A stretch of 64,000 nucleotides of DNA from Piromyces finnis finn (GCA_002104945.1 MCFH01000039.1:462827-526826); one strand, 5' to 3'. Counted from the first letter of the stretch, positions 39,567 to 51,592 are shown. Numbers and translations are program-made. Notes: generated by a model not told the origin, from the letters alone.

Positions 39567-42500
39567 ATGTTCCCAAATTCCATCAGGAAATTTCTGTTTT
39601 TTCTACTGATTCTACTGATTGCAATTACTCTTCTTAGGAGTATCGGAATTATTCAGAGAGGTAGGACTGCAAGGCCTTTTTCTTTTAGGATGGGAGGAAT
39701 CATCAGATTTATCGGCCATGATATCATCCATGATATCATTTTCATCTTCCAAGTTTGGATCAGGATCATCCATAGATTTATTGTTGTTTGGAATATATGA
39801 ATGTGAGTCACGTGCAATATCAGGAGAATCAGAAATTTTTGAATTTAAATTTATGTAATCATTAATATCCATAGTGTCTGAGTTGGTAGAATTATCCTGT
39901 GTAACATTAGAATTTATGCTAGAATTATGACGTGGATTATTTGATTTATCATCCAATAGAATGTTATCATTTTTATTTTGAATTTTTGAGTCAATTTTTG
40001 AAAAATCTTTATTAATAAAAATTTTTTCACGATGATGATCAGAAATTGAATTTTCAGTAGTATTTTCACCATCATTTTTGGTATTAGAAATATTTTCAGT
40101 GGTGAAGTCATCAGTTGAAGAATTATTATAATATTCATGATTTTCAATAATTTTATTTTTGTTTTTGTCAGCAAGAGTTTTACCAGGACAAACGTTATCG
40201 GAACCAGGAGTTTCAGGATATTGGTATTTATTATTTTATTGATATTATTTGAAATTTTACAATTTTTCTTTTCGAAATTGCAATTGTCATTTGCAATTTC
40301 TTCTAAAACTTTTAAAATGTCATTAGTAAATTTATTTTTGTCAAATTTCGAATTTGAATTATTATTTTTGTTGAGTATCTACATTCATGTATAAAGAATT
40401 TGTTTTTGAATTGTTCATTAAATTACTTTTTGAACTTTCCTTAGTTTGAGAAATAATATTAGTCTTTTTATTACTTTCTTCCTCTTTCCTTTCAGTTTTT
40501 TCGTTATAAGTTAAATTTTTATCAACCAGGTCCTCGTCCATAGTACTTATGTTGTCTTCATTTACCATTTTTTCTTCTACTTCTTCTTCATTTACTTTTT
40601 CTTCATTTACTTTTTCTTCTATTACTTCTTCTCCATTGTTTTTAAAGTGGAAATTCACCTTCTTCTTGGAAGTAGTCCTTTCTGTATTATTGTTCTCATT
40701 ATTTATATTTGAATTTGTATCTGTAGTGTTGTTGTTCTTGCTGTCAACAACTTTCTCTTTTACACCTTCTGTGTTATTGTTGTTCTTCGATGAATCTGAG
40801 GAGACCTTATTGTCGTAATTGTTGATATTATATGAATCGTTGAAAGAGAAATAAGGATCGTTTATATTTTTATTTTTATAAGTGTATTGTGCTGGCTTAT
40901 CTTCACAGCATTCTATTTCTCTAGAATAGTGAATTTTAAGTTTATCACCACATATTTCCATGACGATATATGAGTGATATATTTCACTGAACCCAAGAAA
41001 TATCACTTCCTTTGAGTTTGGTGCAAATTTTGACTTTTTAAGGGAATAGTCCTTAAAGTAACATATACATCCAAATACCTTTAGGTATTTTAGATCGGCT
41101 TCCTCGTTGGTAAATACTTCGTCAGGGATTAAATTATTATTTCCTTGGTGTGGTATTTTGTTGTAAATATAACAAGAGTATTTTACAGCAAAACTCCAAA
41201 AGTCTTCAGATAAATTAGCCCAATATAAAAGTGTTTTAGTATAATTTTGAATAGCCTGGTTTATTCTTTCTGCTTTTCCATTTAATTCATGTACGTAAGG
41301 AGGTGAGTTTATCTTAGATATACCGTTTTCCTTACAATACTTTATAACTTTACTACTGTTATATTCTTTTGCACCATCTGTCTTGAATGTTTTGACTTTA
41401 TATTGGTCAAAAGTGTTATTGACATTCTTTAGGAATTCAATAATGATATCAGGTGCTTCAGATCTTGACTTGAGAGTATAAATCCAAAGTTTTCTTGAAT
41501 ATTCATCCAGTATAGTCATAAAATATTTCTTATTGTTTATGGATGAATTAAACGGGCCTGAAATATCGGAGTGAATAGTCTCTAGAGCTCTTCCGGCTTT
41601 AGGTACGGTTTTGTTGTGGAGAGACTTCTTCATTTTTGATATTTTGCAGTCTAGGCAAGGCATTACTTTAATTTTATGTTGATTTAGATATTTCTTCAGA
41701 TCGTTCTGGTAGAAATGGCCTAATCTCTTATGCCATATATCTAAATCATCTTCAAAATTTGCAATAAATGGTTCATTTTTCTTTTTATTAATGTTTATGA
41801 GTTTAATTTTGAATTGGTTTAATTCATTTGAGTATGTTTGCATTATATTTTTATTTTCAGAGTCCTTGAAAATAAGTCTGACTTTCCCATCGTCAGTAAT
41901 ATCAATAATGCTTCTTAAACCAACTTTAGCAGGTCCTACACCACTAATTAAATTCTTGCTAACTTTATCTGAGTACAAAACTTTTTCTAACTTGTAAGTT
42001 TTGTCTTTTATCTTGAACTCATATGAACCATAACCACTAAATTCACAGGTAGTTCCATTTGCACATCTAAGTTGGATGTGTTCTTCTGTGAAGTTTTCTA
42101 AGATGTCCTTATCATTAACTATATGTTCGGCGGCACCAGTATCGTAGAACCATTCGTCGTACTTATTTTCTCCATACACATAATCTATATTCTTTACATT
42201 AGGAGAGTCTTCTTTTGTAGCTTCATCTTTTTCAATAAGGTAGATACTTCTTTCCGTTAAAGGCCTAATATCTTCAAATTCTACGTTAATACCGTAACTT
42301 TCGTTGTCGTCATAGTTTTCGACGAAATCTACTTCTTGTTCGAATTTCTTTTGTTGTTTTTTCTTGTGAACTTGCATCCCTTATTGTGAATTTCTTTTGG
42401 ATTTGTTTTGGTTATAGGCCTTATTATTACTGTTTCTTCTTTGTTCTCTTTCCATTTTGGCCTTTTGATTATATTCACACATTTCGGTGGAATGACCATG

Positions 42501-43684
42501 TTCACAGCAGATATGACAGTAGGTACGGTGGCTTCTATTTATATTTCTTCTGTTACCGTAGCTTTTATTCTTTGATTTGTTTTCTCTACTAACAAAATCA
42601 ACATCCATTGGATCATCAACTTCGTCATCTTCATCTTGGTCGTTGTTGATTCAATCCTCGAAGTAGGATTTGGCATTGATGTAACTTTTGACCTTCTCAT
42701 AGAATTGATCAGAAGTTTCGTCTAAAGTTATATTCAATTGGTTCTTGACACTTCGTGGAAGGGAATTGTACATAAATTTCAATTTTTCCCTTTCACTTAA
42801 GGACATTCTTTGTTCAGACATCTCAAGGAAGATTTCCTTGATTTTATCAATGGTTTTACTGACTTTGCTTACATCTTCAGTATGTAATTTTCTTAACTTC
42901 TTTAGCCAGTATTCAATGTTTGCATTAGCGTTACCGTATTTTGTATTCAACTTCTTGAATACTTGATAACAGCTAGTACTATGACCAATCTCTCTGAGAA
43001 TCTTCTCATCCACATTTTGAATGATCATAAGGTGTGCATCAGCATTAAGACTTTCAGCTGCTGATACTATCTCGGCCTTATAAATTGGAGAGTTTGCCAA
43101 TTTATTGGCGGCTACAACATTAATGTTATTAATGTTGCTGTTTGGGTTTGCGTCCTCCCACATAGCTTTAGTGAAGGTTTTGTAAACGGATGCGAGGAAG
43201 TTATTAGTACGGTAGTTGGCAATAATTTTTACAATAGCCATAGTTTAAACATCTTTGAGATTAAAATCTATCACAAAGCTGTCGTCTTTGATGGTTCCAA
43301 CAATGTCATAATCAAGATAGCTAATTAGACCCTGTCTAGAAGCTGACTTGATTAAAAGACTCCAAGTGTCAAAGTTGGATTTTCCATGAAGACGTTGATC
43401 ATTGGCTAAAATTAATTGCTGGGACATACTAAAATTTTAAACACATAAAATTTTTGCTTTAAATTTTTCTTAAGAAATTTTTATTATTGATTAGAGTTTG
43501 AGACTCTTAATCTGTGAAATAAATTTAATTAATAAATAATTTTATTAATAAGGTTAACAAAGAGAAAAAGTTACATTGTAAATATTACAGTTATATAATG
43601 AGATATAAGGTCATGTGAACATATAAAATGAAATAAAATAAATAAAAAAAGCTTTCTCTACAACACGTAGACATTACGTTTACA
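39567..43684 (-). mobile_element. Ty1/copia retrotransposon, copy 2 (5' LTR from 43513, PBS, gag-PR-INT; RT/RNase H missing)
   Basis: Gag starts at 43427. 671-aa PR-INT ORF (YDTGA, WHKRLGH, HSDISGP, TDGAKEY, ELNGKAER). Far end of the LTR (~43684) is tentative. Confidence 0.92.
43499..43512 (-). promoter_or_regulatory. PBS GATTAAGAGTCTCA, complementary to the tRNA-Lys(CUU) anticodon arm
   Basis: Abuts the LTR end (CA). Its complement TGAGACTCTTAATC contains the CTT anticodon loop of eukaryotic tRNA-Lys. Confidence 0.75.
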
Positions 43685-44057
43685 ACACTTTTAATACATG
43701 TTTATACTTTTATAAATTAGTCACGTGTGCTTATAAATATATGATATAGATAAATAAAATTATGTGTCCATAAATGTTCACAAATTCTATAATTAATATA
43801 AATAATCTATTATAATATATATTGTTAACATAATACAAAATCATGTAATACATTATAATTTATAATGTAATAATATGTATTTGAAATAATGTAATAGAAT
43901 AATGTAGCATAATAACGTAATGTATTTGTTATATGTATGATATAAATGTAATGAAAATTTTTATTTAAAAAATAGAAGACTTTATAATAAAAATATATAA
44001 ATAAACATATACATTTGTATAATAACTCTCGAGTACCGTAACACTAGCTGGTTAATA

Positions 44058-44071
44058 GATTAAGAGTCTCA
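44058..44071 (+). promoter_or_regulatory. Identical PBS GATTAAGAGTCTCA of the plus-strand copia
   Basis: Same 14-mer, 68 nt upstream of the gag ATG at 44140. Confidence 0.75.
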
Positions 44072-44837
44072 AATCTAGCTAAAACCAAATCTTGAGAGAA
44101 TATTTTAGTAATTATAATATTAAACAAAAAAAAAAAAATATGTCACAAGAAAAGATGGCCATAATCCTTACAGGTCCATCAAATTATTTTGAATGGATGG
44201 ACTACATATGGGCCGAATTTTCAAAAGAAAAAATTATAAATTATCTTTATACAAATGGTATCAAAGATATTGATACCAAGAACCTTAAAGAGGGTGAAGA
44301 TGAAAAATTGGCTCAAAATGGAACAGTCAAATTTATCATCATTCACTCTATCTCTAGGAAAATTCATTCTGAGGTGGTAGGCATGGAGTCTGTAACAACG
44401 CGAGAGACTCAGGTTAACACAATACTAATTAACTATTTTTTATATTAATAGTATATTTTATTAATAATTTGATTATTTAATATTATTAATACAAATTAAC
44501 CTTAATACTAATTCTAAAAACTAAATTTACATGAATTTTATAAATTATTTATATCTACTATTTATAAATATTCTTATTTAATAATTATGAATAAACATTA
44601 TTCATATTGATTGGTAACTTCAATTATTTAAATAAAAAGAAGAAATAAAAATAGACAAATATTATGGATTAAATATAGCGATTGCTATATTTAATCCATA
44701 ATATTGAGAACCCGGAGTCGAATACATGACAAGTAGGTCAGCGTCCAACAACCTGACGGCGAAGCCAGCTTGGAGAACCCCGAAATACAATTTTGGTGAA
44801 AAGGTACAAAACCTTTATACGTTACAATGCCCTCCTT

Positions 44838-47800
44838 CTAATGTCGGATTCCAGACGACATTGAATGCGGTTTGTCTGGAAACTTTTTGTGGAAAGCTTT
44901 CAGTAATTCGGGGGCATGTATGTCTTCTGCGTTTTCCCATGAACGATCTTCAGCAGGATATCCTTTCCAATCAACAAGATACTGAAGTGCTCTGTTGTTA
45001 ATTCTAGAATCCAATATTTCGTTTACTTCATACTCTAGTTCATCGTTAACTAAAATGGGAGGCGGCTTCTGAATGTCTCGGTTTTCAAAGGTATTCTCAA
45101 TATAGGGCTCGAGATTAGATATATGGAAAATGGGGTGTCTTCGGTCTCGTTTGGATAATTTTAACTTGAAATTTTGATTTTCCAAGCATTCAATAATTTC
45201 ATATGGTCCCGATTTCCTAGGATCTAATTTCTTCACATTTGTTTTTCCTTTGGGATAGAGCAACCATACTTTGTCGCCTACATTTAAACTGGGAGGCTCT
45301 TGTCTTTTCTTATCAGCATATTCTTTAAACTTTTCTTGGGCTTCTTTCATATTTTCCTTTAGTTTTTCAAGTGTCGTACCAATGTCACATACAACTTTTT
45401 CAGCTTCAGGAACTAGGGACGTTATTGGAAGATCAATTAAGAATTCTGGATCATACTTTAAGTTGGCCTTGAAAGGTGACATTTTAATGGATTCCTGAAT
45501 AGCATTGTTATAGGCAAATTCTGAGAGTGAAATATACGAACTCCAGTCAGAATGTTTACCATTAGTGAAACATCTGAGATACTGTTCAATTATACTATTA
45601 AGCCTTTCCGTTTGCCCATCAGTCTGTTGGTGATGAGCAGTTGAAAGTTTGGATTCACAGTACAGTAGCTTACAAAAATGTTGGAAGAATTTGGAATTGA
45701 ATTGTCTACCGCGATCTGATATAATTTCCTTTGGAATACCATGTAGTCTGAATACATTATCCAAGATAAGTTGTGCAGTTTCTTCAGCTGAGGGAAGCTT
45801 TCTAAGTGGAATGAAATGACCCATCTTCGATAATCTATCCACCACTGTTAGGATAGCAGAGTAATTGTTCGATTTTGGTAGATCTGTAATGAAATCAAGA
45901 GATATTGAAGACCATTGTTTTTCGGGTATTGAGAGTGGTTGAAGAAATCCATATGGTTTATGATTGCTGTTTTTGTTTCTATTACACGTATCACATGAAT
46001 TTACAAATCTGCGTACATCCCCCCTCAAGCTCTTCCACCAAAAGTTTCTACTAATAAGTTCGAGAGTTTTCCTAATACCGAAATGTTGTACAGTTGACAC
46101 TAAAAGAATAGATTAGGATATCTATTCTATTACAATAACACTAAATTTAAAATAAAAATAAAAATTATTTTATTAAAAAATATCTTTTATTATAATAGAA
46201 ATTTTATTAATAACAATTACATCGATAAAATGATGAAAAATATCTTCTATTTATATTTTTCCTAAATACATTTATATTATATTATAACTATTTATTTCTT
46301 ATATATTATTATTTAAAATCTACACTAAAATCTTAATTATTAATAAATATTTAAACTATAACTATTTTTAGTAAAATACAATTGGCAATTCAAATTAAGT
46401 ACTATTCAATTTGAATATATGCCCATGTATTCTTGATATATTAATCATTTAATAATTATATACTATATATCTATTTCTATTACAAAACAATACTAAAACT
46501 AGGGATTTAAATTGAGAATTTTAATTTACTTGTTAAACATTAAAAATAAATTAATAATTTATTTTGTTTTAAACTTTAATTATTAATAAATAAATTATAT
46601 CTCATTTTCTTTTTCTTAATATAATTTGTGTAACTTAAACAATAATACTTATGGCTTAAGTTACATTAAAGATATCAAGTTGAGGCGTTTGATATCTTTA
46701 CAAATGTCCGGAAGAAGGGGAATTATGATGGGATTGAAGAATATCAACACGAAGGACTTCGGGAATGTAAATCTTATAGTTGTAAAGAAGAATACCATCC
46801 TTGAAAGTGAAAGGAGAATTGGGGAGATTAAGTCTTCTGGAGTTGTTTGTAGAATTGAAGTAAGGATCTGAAGGTAGGGCTGAACGAATCTTTTCTAATA
46901 GAGAGCTATCACTTAGAGAAATAACGGAGGAAATGCTAGTGAAATTAGAAGTGTTAAGAATTGAACCTGAATTAGAAACTTTATGTTCATAATCAGGTCT
47001 ACGAGACAAGCAATCAGCTCTATTCTTCGAACCAGGTTTGTATTTAATAACAAAATCAAAACGAGAGAAGAAGATACTCCAGCGGATATGACGTTGGGAA
47101 AGATGATCTGGTTTACGCTCAAAAAGAAGATTACGATGATCGGAGAAGACAGTGATTTGGTGATTGGCACCTTCAAGATGGTGCCTCCAGGTTTGAAAGG
47201 CTTCTTTGATAGCAAGGAGTTCCTTGTCGTAAATTGGGTAATTACATTCGGCGTTGGTTAAAGCTCTCGAGAAGAAAGAAACAGGGTGAAGAGAACCATC
47301 AAATTCTTGAAGAAGGACACTACCGATAGCGAAGTTACTGGAGTCGGATTCAATAATGAAAGGTTTGTTCGGATCGGCATGGCGGAGGAGACTGGCGGAA
47401 AGAAAAGCATTTTTTAAATTATTGAAAGCAGAGATGGTAGAAGAGTCCATAATGAAAGGAACATTTTTCTTTAATAATCGAGTCAAGGGCACAGCGATTT
47501 TTGAAAAATTTTTTATAAAGCGCCTATAGTAATTACAGAGACCCATGAATTGTTGGATATGTTTTGTATTTTGGGGAAGAGGCCAATTAAGAATGGCGTC
47601 TACTTTATTCTTTTTCATTGATATACCAGAACCAGAAAGATGGTGACCAACAAAATCAATTTCAGGGACATCGAATTCGCATTTTTCGAGTTTAACATAG
47701 AGGTTATTCTTGAGAAGACGTTCGAGAATTAAGCGAACATGCTTATGATGTTCCTCTAATGTATTGGAAAAAATGAGAATATCATCAATGTAGGCGAAGG

Positions 47801-49105
47801 CAAAGTCGTCGAGGAAATCACTTAAAATATCGTTGATAAAATGCTGGAAGGTAGCCGGGGCATTTTTAAGACCAAACGGCATGACTAAATACTCAAAATG
47901 ACCAAATCTAGTGTTGAAAGCCGTTTTATATTCATCACCTTCCTTAATTCGAACAAGGTTGTATGCGGAACGAAGGTCGAGCTTAGTGAAGAATTTAGCT
48001 CCACTGACTTTTTCAAGAAGATCATTGATTAGTGGAAGAGGATAGGAGTTCCAAATAGTGATATCGTTGAGTTTTCTGTAGTCAATGCACATCCGAAGCG
48101 AATTATCTTTTTTTCGAACGAATAAGACAGGGGCGCCGGCTGGGGAGATAGACTTCCGAATGAAGTTCTTTTCTAAGTTTTCTTTAATATAATCCTTAAG
48201 TGTCTTTGTTTCCTCCACGGTGAGAGAATAAATTGGGCCGTAAGGAAGAGAAGAGTCGGGTTTTAAATCGATTCTACAGTCGTAAGGTCTATGCAGGGGA
48301 AGTTCGTTTGCTGCTTTTTCAGAAAAGACGTCCTTAAAGTCAATGTAAAAATCCGGAATAGAGGGTGTTTTTGAAGGTGAATCTATAGAGGGACAAGTAA
48401 TATAAATTGCAAATTTTTGAGAATATGACGTTGGAGAACAGTGAGAAGTCTAGAATCAGGTTTACTTACCGGAGAGGAAGCAGGGATGGAGGAATCAATA
48501 GAAGGTGAAGAGGGAGTCGAAGAGATTGAGTGAAGATGAATATCCGAATTATTTGTTGAAACACAAGAGTCATTACACTGAGGGTTTTCGCAATTAGGTT
48601 TAAAATATGCTTTATTAGTTTCAAATTTAGATACATCTTTTTTAAAATACAATTTTTTACAATCAAAATCTACGACTGCCCTATTTGAATTGAGCCAAGG
48701 GGTACCAATAATTGGAGGTAGAGAATCATCATCTGTGATAATGAATTGAATAGAAAATGATTCATCTTTAAATATAATCCTAAGAGGTTTAGTCATTCCC
48801 AAAATATTAGAAGTTTTCCCACCACAGTCAATGATTCCAGATATTTTTGAAACCGATACTGGAATACTATATTTCTCAATAAAAAATTTGGAGATAGTGT
48901 TTTCAATAGCACCTGAATCAACCAAGATTGAGATATCGCATGGGTTATTATTAATCATAATGGTGAACGGGAAAATAAGGTATTTATCTAAGGGAATGAA
49001 TGGATTATAAGATTTTGGATGGTGTGTATTATTGGTAGAAGGCTTAGCTTCAAAGGGGTTTGTACTAGAGTAAGATTTAGGCTCAGAATCTATTCTAGAA
49101 GTTAG
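44838..49105 (-). pseudogene. pol: Chromovirus Pol (PR-RT-RH-INT-chromodomain), with one indel near 48450 and a solo-LTR insertion at 46087-46702
   Basis: ILVDSGA, AYIDD, SDSSNFAIG, SLDFITDLP, SDRGRQF, GQTERLN, GPY and chromodomain motifs. Confidence 0.92.
46087..46702 (+). mobile_element. Solo LTR, B subtype (616 bp), inserted in the integrase zinc-finger region
   Basis: TGTACAG...GATATCTTTACA with TSD AATGT. Removal restores SGHFGIRKT. Confidence 0.95.
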
Positions 49106-49935
49106 TTTTTTGGAACTTTAGGACAGGAAGTGACCAAATGATCCTTAGCACCACAATACATACACAGACCTTGATCACGACGTTTTTGTTTTTCTTCAGC
49201 AGATAAAGGACCACGTCTTTTACCATCAGATTGAGTGGAACGGGTAAAAGGATTTTGATCCTCATTTCTCATCTTTCGCACAAATGGATTATAAAGAGAA
49301 GCACCACGGTAATTTCTGGAAATATTATGTTTCTTAAGAAAGCTTGAGTCGATTATCATAGCTCTATGAAACGCAGCAAGAAGGGTTGGTATATCCTCAC
49401 CACGCATTAATAACTCGGCTTTGACCTCATCATGCAATCCATCAATAAATTTTGAGACAAGGGCCGGTTGATTCCATCCAAGATGGATTGAGGCTTGTTC
49501 AAAATCTTTGATGTATTGAGATACTTCACCTATACGTTCTTGTTTCAATGCCATAATAATTTGGTTGGCATTGAATACAATGTCAAGATTACCAAATACT
49601 CTTCTAAGTAAGGCAACAAAGCTAGGATAACTGTTCATAACTGGATTTCTTTCTTGGATCAAGTGAGCTACGAAGAGTTTGGCATCCCCTTTCATATAGG
49701 AAAACATAAAAGCTGTCTTATGGGCGTCCGAGCGGAATAGAATGCTTCTTAATTGAAAGATTAATTCACAATGTTGAATAAATCCTTCAAGATCCACACT
49801 TTTTCCTGAGAATTTGCTTGGATTTCCTATCGGTAGCACATAGTCCAGCATAAGAGGGTCCACAGGAGGTACTTGGCTTTGTTGAGAGGAAGAAGCTGAG
49901 GCGGTAGTGAAAATGTTGAAAGGGTTATAAGACAT
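49102..49935 (-). CDS. gag: Chromovirus Gag (277 aa), CCHC knuckle
   Basis: Intact ORF with CMYCGAKDHLVTSC. Ends in A AAA AAC TAA. Confidence 0.9.
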   Translation of the reverse strand: MSYNPFNIFTTASASSSQQSQVPPVDPLMLDYVLPIGNPSKFSGKSVDLEGFIQHCELIFQLRSILFRSDAHKTAFMFSYMKGDAKLFVAHLIQERNPVMNSYPSFVALLRRVFGNLDIVFNANQIIMALKQERIGEVSQYIKDFEQASIHLGWNQPALVSKFIDGLHDEVKAELLMRGEDIPTLLAAFHRAMIIDSSFLKKHNISRNYRGASLYNPFVRKMRNEDQNPFTRSTQSDGKRRGPLSAEEKQKRRDQGLCMYCGAKDHLVTSCPKVPKN

Positions 49936-51592
49936 ATTTAAAATGTTTTATTAGAAAATGGTTTTATTAATTTTATAAAGGGTTAAGTTATTATTGTGTT
50001 AAGGTAAGTCTTTTTTTTTTTTTAGAGAATTAGTATTGTAACAACGCGAGAGACTCAGGTTAACACAATACTAATTAACTATTTTTTGTATTAATAGTAT
50101 ATTTTATTAATAATTTGATTATTTAATATTATTAATACAAATTAACCTTAATACTAATTCTAAAAACTAAATTTACATGAATTTTATAAATTATTTATAT
50201 TTACTATTTATAAATATTCTTATTTAATAATTATGAATAAACATTATTCATATTGATTGGTAACTTCAATTATTTAAATAAAAAGAAGAAATAAAAATAG
50301 ACAAATATTATGGATTAAATATAGCGATTGCTATATTTAATCCATAATATTGAGAACCCGGAGTCGAATACATGACAAGTAAATCAGCGTCCAACAACCT
50401 GACGGCGAAGCCAGCTTGGAGAACCCCGAAATACAATTTTGGTGAAAAGGTACAAAACCTTTATACGTTACAGAGTCCGCGTTTTTAATGCTCAAGAAAA
50501 TTCAAAGAAATTATGGAGGAGGAGAAAATGACACTACCTATTGGATGATGAAATTGAATTCATTAAAAACCAGTAATGAAAAGGAAATAACCAACGTTTT
50601 AGAAGAAATGTCCAATATCTTTGACACGTTGGAAAAGACTGACTGCAAATTAAGTAACACGGAAAAATTAAAATATCTATATAATGCTCTCCCAGGAGAA
50701 TATATGAAAAAATACATTCTGAAGGACACAACAAAATATGAAGAATTGAACAAAGAAATCCAAGAAGACATCAAAAACCGCGCCTATGTGTTAGACTGGA
50801 CTGTAGATAATAGAAGGGATGATCCAATGGAAATTGACTTTGTAAATAGAGGATCAAATAGTAAGAAGCATTATACAAAGGACAAAATGGACCAACATAA
50901 AAACAAAAAATATTGTGCCATTTGTGAGAAAAATAGACACACTACAAATGAATGTTGGTTTAATGGTAGAACAAATAAAAACAAAAAACAAATCCCACGC
51001 AAGGATAATTCCAATAAAAATAGAAGGTATTATTCAGCTCAAAAAGAAAAGTTTAAAGGAAAGTCCACCAACTATGTTGGATATGTTCAAGATCCAAACG
51101 ATTATTATAACTCTAATTTGGATTTTCAAGATATAAAAACTATGTTTTTTGAAGATAATAATACCATAGGAGATAAAAATAACAATATTAATGATAATGT
51201 AAACTTAAACAAAAAATTATATAAAGATAAGAAATATAAAAACTACATAAAAAATGTGTTCAATTTGTGTTATAAGGATTTTCGTGTTAATAACGTATTA
51301 AATTTCAAAAAGTCATCATGGTTGTATGACTCAGGTGCAGGAGAACACCTTACTAGTAATAAAAATTTACTTATTACTTTTAAAAAAAAAATAATATTGA
51401 GGTGTGCTAATAATACTTCCGTTGTATTTGAAGGATACGGAGAATTTCATTTTTATATAAACAGTCATAAAATAGTTTTTAAAAGAGTCTTATACTCAAA
51501 GGAAGTATCAAGAAATATCATAAGTGGTGTTGAACTTGCAAAAGTGAATATAAAAGCTATTACAGATACAGATAAAGATAACAGAGTAAGAC

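Larger units (their letters stand above)
44391..50472 (-). mobile_element. Near-complete chromovirus (Tf1/sushi-like Ty3/gypsy) with chromodomain integrase
   Basis: 436-bp LTRs at 44391-44826 and 50037-50472 (4 differences seen by eye). TSD GAGTC. gag 49102-49935, PR/RT/RH/INT, C-terminal chromodomain (YEVNEILDSR..YLVDWKGY..SWE). Confidence 0.97.

Noticed and set aside
43499-43512. tRNA-Lys gene
   Set aside because: Only the anticodon-arm 14-mer is present, with no acceptor stem or T-arm. It is a PBS.
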